Shown here piece by piece: positions 12,087 to 23,499 of a stretch of DNA of 64,000 bases. The stretch lies in contig NW_003314305.1 of NCBI RefSeq assembly GCF_000143415.4, positions 88,391-152,390 on the forward strand, written 5' to 3'. The notes beneath the pieces are model-generated. The model saw nothing but the letters and a program-made list of their open reading frames with translations. It did no database searches and was not told where the DNA came from. Both the position numbers and the translations under genes were made by a program. Source of the stretch: Selaginella moellendorffii (lineage: Eukaryota; Plantae; Lycopodiophyta). Each line of letters starts with the position of its first letter. Position 1 is the stretch's first letter.

Positions 12087-13764
12087 ATGTCCGCAACAAA
12101 TTCATGGGATCAAGCCGCTCTTCGTCTCTTGTGGCACGGAGGCTCCACATTCGATGCCTGGCTCAACATTGTTGCTGCGAAGGTTTCTCACTGATTTCTT
12201 GAGAAAGATGTGCCTGACTAGTATCATACAAACATGTGTAGCTGGCTTCGCGGCTCCTCACTTTTCCACAGTCCACTGCCCAATTGGGGCTGCCTTCGGC
12301 CATTGTTTTCCAGCTGCTTCTATCGGCGATGGGATTGTGGGCTCAATCCGCGATAAATGTTCTCTACTTGAGACACAAGCGGATGGTGAATCCAGAGACA
12401 ACAGCGAATCAACCCTGGCACACGACTCAGGTACAATCAAAGAGTTTTAGAATCGACCGCTTAAGAGCACCGCAGCTTCACGAAGTTATTGGAGGGCTTC
12501 TGGGATCTAAATGGAAGATTGTTTCCCTCGTGTTCAACATTGTCACACTCTTCTATGTTTCGTCGGCTCAACTTATAGCATGTAGCAAGTGAGAGTTCTT
12601 TCTGACATTCCTTTTGTCACTCTCGATCATATCTCAGACTTCCTTGTCAATTGGGGCAGTGTGGCATACACCGTGAATGACAACATGGACAAGAGAACCT
12701 GGACGTTTGTGTTTGGGGCAATCTTCTCACTGCCAATTCTTTTCCCGAGCGCTCACAACTACAGAGTTTGGTCGTTCCTGGGAGTGGTCACTATTATCTT
12801 TGACTCTGCTTACATGACAATAGCAACGCTGTTTGACAGAAAGGCAAGACTATACTTTTCAATCATTACTAAAATCATTCCCACAGGCCGGAAACGTCAG
12901 GCATTCGTCACCACGAAGCTCCCAGGAATATTTTACCGGTTTGGTCGGGATGCTGATCCTCGGAAACGTTCCCATCCCTGTGTAAGATCATGTCACACTA
13001 GTAAAGTTTCATCCTTGATAATGTGTTTTCTCTGCAAGGGAGATCATGGATGCAATGTGGAAGCCTGACGAGTACCAGGCAGCAAATCTTTACGGGATGG
13101 CTTGCATTTTGGTGGTGGTCATGCTTCCAAGCATCAGCATGGAACGCAAATATGGAGACAAGCTTCTCGCCACCCCAAACGCGATGTTGCTACTCCCAAG
13201 ATCAAAGTTTCACGACAGTGCCAACGTCCTCATCCTCCTTCATGTGGTTAGTATATCATGGATCCATATGAGCTCTAAGTTCTACATCTTCTCTGATCGA
13301 TTGAGAGAAACCCAATTCATCAGGTTATCAACTTTGGCATGTACTCCCTCGCACTTTACGCGACGTGGGAGAAGATAGTGCGCATCCACGACTCACCAAG
13401 CTACGTGAAGCGAACGTTGTCCCGGATACCAGTGTTCCTGGCGCTGTGGATCACCGCTCTCGCCTTCCCTTTCTTCGGTGCAATCAACAAGCTCTTGGAC
13501 GCCATCCTTGTGTCCTGGAACTTCTTCATCATCCCGTGCGCGGCTTACATTGCAGTCTTTTGGTTGCCGCGGCCGCGGCGAGACTCCAAATCCCTGTCGA
13601 GGCTGGGCTGGGCGGTGGATTTGAGCGTTTGCCTGGGCATTATCCTGTGGATGCTGGTCATGCAATGTGGGCTGGGCTTGTGGGGCGACGTCCACACTTT
13701 CGTCAAGGTGTTGGAGGGAACCAGGCCCTTTCCAAAGTGCTATCGCTGCGCACCTCCAAAGTAG
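12087..13764 (+). CDS. divergent AUX1/LAX-family auxin-influx-carrier homolog, copy 1 (apparently intact)
   Basis: LWHGGSTFDAW, QLIACS, NDNMDKRTWTFVFGA, PSAHNYRVWSFLG, VEIMDAMWKP, AFPFFGAIN and FPKCYRC all align with AUX1/LAX motifs across short introns. Confidence 0.85.
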
Positions 13765-13889
13765 AGAACATCTTCTTGGGCATATTCCTAGAATTTAGGG
13801 CTGTCGATTCCTATATCCTTTTAGGGCTGATGATGAGAGAATGCTGCGAGGAGGTGGAGGTAAGGCAGGAGGAGGGCTGCATCAGCGAG

Positions 13890-14430
13890 AATAGGCTGAG
13901 GAGGGCGAGTGTTAGTACCACCGCCAGCAATGCTGCATCCAAAGAGGGAGCAGAGGAGCGAAAGCTCGCTCGATCTCCAAAGCTTGCGGGGAGGCTCCCC
14001 GAGGCGTTTGATCTAGCGAAAGATCGATAACAAGAGGAAGATGCTCATGAGCCGAGCTTTCAAGGACTATACCGGGTTTGAGTACGAGGGAAGCGGCCTG
14101 GACGAGCACACTAGAAAGGAGATGGCGAGGAAGAAAAAGAAGCTGGGACGGGACAAGGTGAGTGTGCGGCATTCGATTCCTTCTCTTTCGGATCCTCACA
14201 AGTACTTTTGACAGCTCCACAAGTGATATAGATCTCTTTAACGAATCTATCAATGCTCGAAGCGTTTGTAGCGATGGAAAGAACACTAGAAGGCTCCAAC
14301 GAATCTATCAGTGCTCGAAGCTTTTGTAGCAACACAGGAAAGTTAGAAGAGCTTATAGCGCAAACAAGACAAACATTGGAGGAGAAAACTATGTACAAGG
14401 TACTTGTAGTGTGTACGTATGTATGTAGGT
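13890..14430 (+). pseudogene. relic related to the C-terminus of the orphan gene at 21049-21830 (unit 1 copy)
   Basis: RKMLMSRAFKDYTGFEYEGSGLDEHTRKEM followed by EAFVAMER resembles TDYADFNYSNSGLDEYTNK..EEFLAMKK; frame is disrupted. Confidence 0.5.
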
Positions 14431-14503
14431 AGTGTCGACAGATCCAGGTCGTTAAACTGCGAGAGACCACAAACTTTGGAGAATTTCCCAGAGAGAGCAA
14501 AGC

Positions 14504-15124
14504 AAGATTTCTTACCTGTGGACATCCCGGCTACGTGGGAAGCCATGGAAGAATGCTTTCGAAAGGGGCTGGCCAAGGCAATCGGTGTGAGTAACTTTAG
14601 CACGAAAAAGCTGCACGACTTGCTTCAACATGCAAAGATCACTCCTGCAGTGGATCAGGTAACACCATGATCTTCAAGAAAACTTCTACCAAGTTGTGTT
14701 GTCACTCTTCAAGGTTGAATTACATGAGAGACTTGTGCAAGAGAAATTGTGTCCAAGTGATTGCTTGGTCACCTCTAGGTGGTCTTGGCAAGCCTTGGGG
14801 AAGCAAATCCGTTATAGAGCATCCTGTTATCCAGGAAATCGCTCTAAAGCACCACAAATCTCCTGCTCAGGTACATGGTTTTCTTGATTCCCGTTAAGTT
14901 TCATTCATCCATGCGTACAGGTGATCATACGATGGCTCACGGAAATCGATGTAGCTCCCGCTGTCAAGACCTACAACTCCCAGAGACTTCTGGAAAACAT
15001 TAACAGCTTCGATTTCAGCTTGGCAGACGGGGACCATAAACGAATCGAGACCATCGCACAGGAAAGGCTTGGTATGTGGGATGCTTTGTGCAATTTCACT
15101 ACCAGTCCTTACAAGTCACTTTGA
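14504..15124 (+). pseudogene. 5'-truncated aldo-keto reductase copy
   Basis: Starts mid-exon at the duplication junction; lacks the PLWQQEQ segment and the ELWDGEI end through small deletions. Confidence 0.9.
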
Positions 15125-15200
15125 ATGCCATCATAAGCTATATAACTCTGTCATCTTTCTATTTGAAGATTCTTCAAATGAAGAGTTACTTGGATGATGA

Positions 15201-16689
15201 TCATGATCTTATGCGGTGCACAAAATTGATGATGGACGCGATGGTTCCAGCCATGCCCACCGCAGTTCCCACAGCCAAGATGGCATAGTTGACTCCGGCC
15301 TCCCACTTTGGCATCACGTTTCTGTATATTCTCAAGTAAAATAACGAAGGAAGGGTCACCGCTACGAGCATGCCTGAGGCAGAGCCTATAAATGCCACCA
15401 TGGTTTCGAAGTATGGAAAAACCATAGCCAACAAAAAAACGAAGATCAGGAGACCGGTCCTGAGAAGCAGGGTGGATGCCACAAAAGATCTCGAAGTATT
15501 GGGCCACGGGAATTTGCTCTCAATATCGAGAGCTATGGGAGCAAGGCATAACGAATACTTGCTGAATGGAAGGAGAACAACCATCCATAGCACAAGCTTG
15601 GCAGCAACCAAGTGTGTGGGAATATTTAGAGATACTTGCGGAAGTGTATAGTCCCCAAACATGGTTCCTCCTAGAAACGCGAATCCAATGTATACCATCG
15701 TGGAGATCATAAAACTGAGAACCAACACCTAGAAGTCCAGTACGAAGTTTAGTTTTACATCTGCATGTCAGTCGATAAAAATGGTACCTTTGCATAGTTG
15801 GAGGGATTCTTGAGCGACGTATAAACACTAGGAAGAGCACAGTGAGCCGCAAAACAGTAGGCATAGATTCCCGCGATGTTGAGCAAGTTTTCCGGTCTCA
15901 AGTGTGGAACGGAGTGGTGAAACCCGATGCCCAATCCAGCTCCGGCATAAATCATTGTAACCGTGATGATCATGTACGTAACAATACCGAATAGAGATAG
16001 ATATGATATCCATGCCAAGTTTCTTAGCCAGACTGTTGGAAGAACAACGAGGAACGCTATGAAAAGCAGCACCTTGGAAGGGCCAAGCTCAAGAGCTGAG
16101 ATCCGAAGGGTGGCATGAGGGAATAGCCTGGCAAGATTGTCACCCATGGAAATCGTGTAGCCCACCAACACTGCTATCATCTCGAATTGAACCAGCAAGG
16201 TGAAGGGGAGGCGAGCTCTGGAACCGAAGGCAGCCTCGGCAATTGTGTTGTACGATCCATTTGGGGTGAGGCAGCGACCAAGAACATAGGCAGTATAGCA
16301 ACATATCACTGAAAACGCGAACAGGATGCTCAAACCCAGCCAGCCACCTTGCTCGAGAGCGTAGGGTGTGGTGAGGAAAGAAATCCCTGCAAAAAGAATC
16401 AAGGCAGCTTGCTTGAAGCATTTCAAATAAGAATATCGATTTATCACTCACCAAGTATGGCACTGACACTGTTGAATGTTGCATGTAGGAATGAGCTCCT
16501 TTGTAGCTTGTTTTGTGCTTGATCATTTTGATCGAGGCTCTGCCCCACCTCAAGAGCTCGGTGCTCCATATCCCACTCAGACGCAGGCCCTAAGTCAAAA
16601 GTCATCATACGAGAAGATTCTACAATAGGTTTGCAGCTTGCGAAAGCTCTCCTCCATGAATTTATCTGGAGCTCCATTGAAGTCATCAT
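15201..16689 (-). CDS. AVT1-like amino acid transporter, copy 2
   Basis: Same motifs as copy 1 with open exons; start codon uncertain (16689 or further upstream). Confidence 0.85.
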
Positions 16690-17000
16690 CGAGACTCGAG
16701 AGGCCCTACTCATTGGAAGCATCATCGCTTCATGCGTTTTGACCGCCCACGATGTCACAAGACCCTGGTCTCGCTGAAAACGTGTCCAACCCCACTTAAT
16801 TTTCTTGACAGATGGACCACTGTTGTGTATTTATGAGATTTTGGTCAATATACAACCAAAAACGACGCGCCTCCTGGCGTCCTAGCTGGCACTGGTGTCT
16901 GTCCGTACATCGTACGGCTTGGCACCGTAACAACCACGTCAGCCTTTCGTCCTAGATGCGTTTGGATGGAACAGTGAAGAAGATAACTTTCCATTCTCCC

Positions 17001-18655
17001 ATGTCCGCAACAAATTCATGGGATCAAGCCGCTCTTCGTCTCTTGTGGCTCCACATTCGATGCCTGGCTCAACATTGTTGCTGCAAAGATTTCTCACTGA
17101 TTTCTCGAGAAAGATGTGCCTCACTAGTATCATACAAACATGTGTAGCTGGCTTCGCGGCTCCTCACTTTTCCACAATCCACTGCTCAATTGGGGCTGCC
17201 TTCGGCCATTGTTTTCCAGCTGCTTCTATCGGCGATGGGATTGTGGGCTCAATCCGCGATAAATGTTCTCTACTTGAGACACAAGCGGATGGTGAATCCA
17301 GAGACAACAGCGAATCAACCCTGGCACACGACTCAGGTACAATCAAAGAGTTTTAGAATCGACCGCTTAAGAGCACCGCAGCTTCACGAAGTTATTGGAG
17401 GGCTTCTGGGATCTAAATGGAAGATTGTTTCCCTCGTGTTCAACATTGTCACACTCTTCTATGTTTCGTCGGCTCAACTTATAGCATGTAGAGAGTTGTT
17501 TTTGACATTCCTTTCGTCACTCTCGGTCATATCTCAGACTTCCTTTGTGAATTGCGGGCAGTGTGGCATACACCGTGAATGACAACTTGGACAAGAGAAG
17601 CTGGACGTTTGTGTTTGGGGCAATCTTCTCACTGCCAATTTTTTTCCCGAGCGCTCACAACTAAAGAGTTTGGTCGTTCCTGGGAGTGGTCACTATTATC
17701 TTTGACTCTGCTTACATGACAATAGCAACGCTGATTGACAGAAAGGCAAGACTATACTTTTCAATCATTACTAAAACATTCCCACAGGCCGGAAACGTCC
17801 GTCATTCGTCACCACGAAGCTCCCAGGAATATTTTACCGGTTTGGTCGGGATGCTAACGTTCCCATCCCTGTGTAAGATCATGTCACACTAGTAAAGTTT
17901 CATCCTTGATAATGTGTTTTCACTGCAAGGGAGATCATGGATGCAATGTGGAAGCCTGACGAGTACCAAGCAGCAAATCTCTACGGCATGGCTTGCATTT
18001 TGGTGGTGGTCATGCTTCCAAGCATCAGCATGGAACGCAAATTTGGAGACAAGCTTCTCGCCACCCCAAACGCGATGTTGCTACTCCCAAGATCAAAGTT
18101 TCACGACAGTGCCAACGTCCTCATCCTCCTTCATGTGGTTAGTATACCATGGATCCATATGAGCTCTAAGTTCTACATCTTCTCTGATCGATTGAGAGAA
18201 ACCCAATTCATCAGGTTATTAACTTTGGCATGTACTCCCTCGCACTCTACGCGACGTGGGAGAAGATAGTGCGCATCCACGACTCACCAAGCTACGTGAA
18301 GCGAACGTTGTCCCGGATACCAGTGTTCCTGGCGCTGTGGATCACTGCTCTCGCCTTCCCTTTCTTCAGTGCAATCAACAAGCTCTTGGACGCCATCCTT
18401 GTGTCCTGGAACTTCTTCATCATCCCGTGCGCGGCTTACATTGCAGTCTTTTGGTTGCCACAGCCGCGGCGAGGCTCCAAATCCCTGTCGAGGCTGGGCT
18501 GGGCGGTGGATTTGAGCGTTTGCCTGGGCACTATCCTGTGGATGCTGGTCATGCAATGTGGGCTGGGCTTGTGGGGCAACGTCCACACTTTCGTCAAGGT
18601 GTTGGAGGGAACCAGGCCCTTTCCAAAGTGCTATCGCTGCGCACCTCCAAAGTAG
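17001..18655 (+). pseudogene. AUX1/LAX-like copy 2, disabled
   Basis: 8-bp deletion removing HGG in exon 1, lost splice donor near 17490, TAC>TAA at 17662-17664, deletion near 17855. Confidence 0.88.
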
Positions 18656-18679
18656 AGAACAATTCTCCTTCTTCGCCAG

Positions 18680-19229
18680 GCTGAGGAGGGCGAGTGTTAG
18701 TACCACCGCCAGCAATGCTGCATCCAAAGAGGGAGGAGAGGAGCGAAAGCTCGCTCGATCTCCAAAGCTTGTGGGGAAGCTCCCCGGGCCGTTTGATCTC
18801 TCCGGGCGCAAGCGAAAGATCGACAACAAGAGGAAGATGCTCATGAGCCGAGCTTTCAAGGACTATACCGGGTTTGAGTACGAGGGAAGCGGCCTGGACG
18901 AGCACACTAGAAAGGAGATGGCGAGGAAGAAGAAGAAGCTGGGACGCGATAAGGTGAGTGTGTGGCATTCGATTCCTTCTCTTTTGGATCCTCACAAGTT
19001 CTTTTGGCAGCTCCACTAGATCTCTTGAACGAATCTATCAATGCTGGGAGCGTTTGTAGCGATGGAAAGAACACAAGAAGGCTCCAACGAATCTATCAGT
19101 GCTCGAAGCTTTTATAGCAATGGAAAGAAGACAAGAAAGTTACAAGTGCTTATAGAGCAAACAAGACAAGCATTGGAGGAGAAAACTATGTACAAGGTAC
19201 TTGTAGTGTTTACGTATGTATGTAGGTAG
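18680..19229 (+). pseudogene. relic related to the C-terminus of the orphan gene at 21049-21830 (unit 2 copy)
   Basis: KRKIDNKRKMLMSRAFKDYTGFEYEGSGLDEHTRKEMARKKKKLG; no clear start. Confidence 0.5.
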
Positions 19230-19316
19230 TGTCGACAGATCCAGGTAGTTAAACTGCGAGAGACCACAAACTTTGGAGAAATTACCAGAGAGAGCAGAGG
19301 AAGATTTTCTTACCTC

Positions 19317-19757
19317 TCAGGCAAGGGGCTGAGCAGCGCCGTCGATTTTGTTGGTAGCATCGGCATCGACGGCAGCGGTGGCCAGAGGCCTGGAAGCCTT
19401 CTTGGCGGGCGAGGGCGAGGGCGAGGCAGCCGCGGCAAGGAGAGGCGACGAGTGCGATGGCGATCCTGGCGACGGCAGCAGCAGGCCATTGTGATCCAGC
19501 TTGATCGATTCGCCGGGGAGGATGCTGATGGCGGGCCTGTTGTGCGGCACCATGGAGCATTTCTTGGATTGGTGCCCTCCCGTGGGGGAGGAGGACGAGG
19601 AGGACAGCTTGAGCTCTGCGGCGGTGTGGGCGACGGCGTCGTGGCGAGACGAGGGCACCAGAGAGCCCGATGGAGCCGATCCAAACAGATCTGCGAAGAA
19701 TCCCCCGGAATCACCTGCTGGACCTACCAGGCGAGGAACATTGGGGACGAAATCCAT
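19317..19757 (-). CDS. hypothetical Ser/Pro/Ala-rich protein (146 aa)
   Basis: GC-rich ORF from MDFVPNVPRL with coding-like composition; no recognisable domain. Confidence 0.4.
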   Translation of the reverse strand: MDFVPNVPRLVGPAGDSGGFFADLFGSAPSGSLVPSSRHDAVAHTAAELKLSSSSSSPTGGHQSKKCSMVPHNRPAISILPGESIKLDHNGLLLPSPGSPSHSSPLLAAAASPSPSPAKKASRPLATAAVDADATNKIDGAAQPLA

Positions 19758-19824
19758 CTTTTCCTCTCGGGATTGACGAACTGATCGATCGCTCGCTTCT
19801 CTCAAGCTTGATCTTCCCAAAGAG

Positions 19825-20001
19825 ACTATGACGTGCACGGATCTGTCCAACGTGGCAAGGACGTGGCAGTGTAGCAGCACGCGGCGGCGGTTCGAATCCC
19901 AGCACTAGCAAATAGTCCGACATGGACACGACGTCGATATGGCGCCATGGAGGACACGACGTGGCAGTACGACCAAGTACTGCTCTAGAAAAACTACGTG
20001 C
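19825..20001. promoter_or_regulatory. RHE-like element and ACGTG(G) core cluster upstream of expansin
   Basis: ACTATGACGTGCACGGA (19825-19841) matches the RHE consensus WHHDTGNNN(N)KCACGWH with one mismatch; ACGTGGC at ~19850, 19861 and 19959. Confidence 0.45.
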
Positions 20002-20092
20002 GTTGTCTGCCTCGTTCATGGCACATCGCTCCCAAGTTTCACAAAACCAAAGAGAGGATCACCGCCGTTTCATCCCCAGACCGGAATTTTGC

Positions 20093-21061
20093 GATGATCT
20101 TAGCACTGGTTGTAAGCATTCTTCTGGCGATCCAAGCACTCGCAGTAGCAGCAGTTTATAGTTCTTCTTACTCCACTCCATCCAGATACAAAGGAGGCCT
20201 CTGGAGATATGCTCACGCGACCTTTTACGGAGAATACGACGCTCTCGAAACCATGGGCAAGTCACCAGATAGAACTCCTCCTCCTCGTCCCTGCTTTGTT
20301 TGTTCCTTCGAGCCTTTAGCACCATGATCCTGTTCTAGCTTCCATTTGAACTTGGCTAAACTTCACGTCTTTTCTTCCAGGAGGAGCTTGTGGATACGGG
20401 AACTTGTATTCGCAAGGATATGGCACTGATACCACTGCACTGAGCACCGTCCTCTTCAACAGCGGCTATGGTTGTGGAGGCTGCTACGAGATATCTTGTA
20501 CACAGTCCAAGCATTGCTATCCCGGCTCCACCATCGTCACTGCCACCAATCTCTGTCCGCCAAACTGGTATAAACCATCCAACAATGGTGGCTGGTGTAA
20601 TCCCCCGCGAATCCACTTTGACATGTCCAAGCCTGCCTTCTCGAAGATTGCCTACTGGAGAGCTGGAATAGTTCCTGTTCGCTACAGAAGGTAGGCGGCC
20701 CTGTGGAGTGAATCGACTGTCCCAAGCTCGAAGACTAATCTTGTCTGGCAGGGTGCCTTGTCGAAGGAAAGGTGGAATCAAGTTCGAGCTCAAAGGCAAT
20801 CGCTGGTGGCTCATTGTCTTCGTGAGCAACGTTGGAGGGCCTGGCGACATCAAAAGAATGGCTGTTAAAGGATCCAAAACTGGCTGGTTACCAATGTCAC
20901 GCAACTGGGGAGTTGGATTCCAGGTTTTCAAATCGCTCCATGGCCAAAGCCTTTCTTTCATGGTCACCTCCTTCACGACTGGAAAAACTGTGACGGCATA
21001 CGACGTTGTCCCTGCTAACTGGAGAATCGGCCAAGCGTATTCTGGTGGTCAGATGGTATGA
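20093..21061 (+). CDS. EXPA: alpha-expansin, EXPA7/EXPA18 (root-hair clade)-like
   Basis: Signal peptide; [14 protein letters not shown]|GACGYGNL; [39 protein letters not shown]; [14 protein letters not shown]; intron 1 is GC-AG (20257-20380). Confidence 0.93.
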
Positions 21062-21830
21062 TCTCCATCACCTTCGGTTTTCTTCTACACAGAAAAGAAG
21101 TAGAAATAAAAAACCTTTGCAAGCAAAAGATATGACTTACCTCTCGAGCTTTCTTCATCGCCAGGAATTCTTCCAGTTCCTTGATCTTGTTGTCCTCCTT
21201 TTCCTTGATCTTGTTGGTGTATTCATCCAAACCACTGTTACTATAGTTGAAATCCGCATAGTCCGTCTCGATCCTCCCCTTGAAAAGCCTCTTTTTTTTC
21301 GGTGGCTTCTTCTTCTTCTTCTTCTTCTCCTCCTCCTGGAGAATTTCTAGCTCTGGAGTATCCTCGCTCAAAACAGAGACTTTGGGAGGTAACTCCCTGT
21401 TTCGCGGCTGCCCAAGCAAATCATCGTCCTCCACCTCCCATGGTTCGCCACTATCACTGCTACGTCGATCGCTCTCTGCGCGATTAAATCTATAGACCCG
21501 CGCCTCTGGCTCACCCGATTTGGCCTTGGATTCCTCATACTGCTTGCGCGCATCGCCAATGCGCTTCTTCTTCTTCATCTTCTTGGCCAGCTCCTCTTCG
21601 TCGATAGTGTTCCCGCAGTAGAGCGGCGCCCTAGGGTAGGGATTCTTGAATCGCCCCTCATGCGTGCTACTGTACCAGCTAGGATTGATGTAGCCCGACG
21701 CCTGGTACCCCGGATCCGTGTAATCCTTCCTATTCAGGCCCCGATCCGCAAGAAATCGCGCCTGGAATGCCAGAGCCTGCGACGATCCCAAATGCCGCCC
21801 ATACGAGCACGCGCGGAGGAGAGCACGCAT
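21049..21830 (-). CDS. orphan protein with mitochondrial-presequence-like N-terminus and Lys-rich tracts
   Basis: Long ORF MRALLRACSYGRHL..; predicted 56-nt intron 21140-21085 gives the end [11 protein letters not shown]. Confidence 0.7.
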
Positions 21831-21913
21831 CGCTGCTGCCCAGGAGCCCTAAAATTTCAGGGTGGAATATTCACTCCAGTGATTTAGTTATTAGGGCTCT
21901 AGAAGAAGAAGGA

Positions 21914-23235
21914 ATGGCGTTCTTCAACAATCACACCCTAGCGCTGGACGCGCTGGGGACGTCTGGATTCGTGGTTCCCACGGAGCAGCGGGCGGCGATG
22001 GATACGTCGCTGGTGATCAAGAAGGAGGAGGCGGGGTTGAGCACGCTGGGCTTTTGGGGGAGAGTTTACACGCTCACAGGCAAGGATTATCTGGTAGCGC
22101 AGGGCTGCAATGGGATCCAGACCTCGGACGATCGTATCAATGTCGATGTGAAGTGCTACTACAGGTTTGTTTCGATTTCTCGATCGGATTGTTGGATTTC
22201 TCTCTCCATTCTTTGGTTTTGTAGCTTGGATGGAGCAAAGTGGCTGGATCTTCAGCCTCTCACGGATGATGCTTACGACATTTGCAAGACTATCCAGGGA
22301 GGATTTAAAGGCGATCCCAGCCAAAGGTACAAGGCTCTTGTTCGTGTCCCTCCGCCACCTCCGACGCCACCAGCTCCTCCAAGTAAAAACTCGGCCCTCG
22401 CTTTCGCTTTCGCTTCCTCAACAAGAACATAAGGTCTGAAGGAACGTTTCTTTCTTTTCCTGCTTCTTTTTCTCAAGGAAGCGTTCGTGTTTTCGCAGAA
22501 GCGGCTGCTCCTATAGAGGGTGAGAATCCAGACGCACCAAAGGTGGAGGAAGTTGAGAAGCCGGCAGAGGCCGAGGTGACCACGGACAATCCGGAGGGAC
22601 AGGAAGAAGAGGAAGAAGGCGAGGAAGGCGAAGAGGGCGCAAAGAAGAAAAAGAAAAAGAAGGATCCCAACATGAAGACTGTGGAATTTGGCGAGGTAAG
22701 GTCTTCCAAAGTCGTTCTTTTCTCGAGTGATGTTCTGTGGATCTCTCAGCTGGACAGGCTCTCCGCCTTGATAAGAGCAGTCGACGAGGAGTGCGGAGTG
22801 ATGCCAGTGAATGCGCTGGTCCTAAACGCCAGGAAACAGCTCGTTCCAAACACACTGTTCTCAGGTAACACGATCATCCTCAAATCCTTTTCTCGTTTTC
22901 GACAGCCCCGTTTCTCTCTCGCAGGAGTTAAGTTCCCAGAGAAGCTCGATTCCTATGGTCATCTCTATCAGCGCTACGAAGACACTCTTCTCTCCAAAGA
23001 CATCACAGGTAAACGAAGCTCTCACGTCTTTGATCTCTCGCAAGCTCAAGCCGGTGTTCTCTCTCCTCCAGGATCATGGAGCGTCCAAATGACTCCCATC
23101 ACCGGAGATGTGATCCTGCGAAGCCTTTGGTGGCCTGGATACTCCTTCTACTACAACGCGTCTACCAAGGCGTATGGCTCCTTGTACTTTGGAATGGGAG
23201 ACAAGAACCTCGACTTCGCGTTCATGGTTGGCTGA
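21914..23235 (+). CDS. RSPH9: flagellar radial spoke head protein 9 homolog
   Basis: FWGRV..GKDYLVAQG, YYSLDG..W, F.GDPS, DRLSALIRAVDEEC, GSWSV, VILRSLWWPGYSFY, YGSLYFG.GDKNLD. Confidence 0.88.
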
Positions 23236-23499
23236 GTAGCGGTGGAGTGTAGCATCTTTCACTGTAACATACTCGCGAGATCAAACGCAACCTTTGATTC
23301 ACACAAAAGCTTGGAGCTCGCGAGGCTAGCGTAAATCTCTCTTAGATACCGCGCTTATAGCGAAGGCATTAATAAATCCACAGCTAGAAGTACAAGGAAA
23401 GGCAAGGGGAAGGGGCGCTAGGGCAGGAGGATGGAATTCCGGAAATAAAAAGGGCGAGCGATCGATCCATTCCAGGTTTTTAGGGCTGTGGATCTTCCC

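Larger units (their letters stand above)
8735..19315 (+). repeat. tandem segmental duplication, unit 1 ~8735-14517 and unit 2 ~14500-19315
   Basis: Near-identical AKR 3' half, AVT1-like, LAX-like and downstream sequence repeated in the same order; unit 1 has an extra ~0.9 kb AT-rich segment. Confidence 0.95.
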
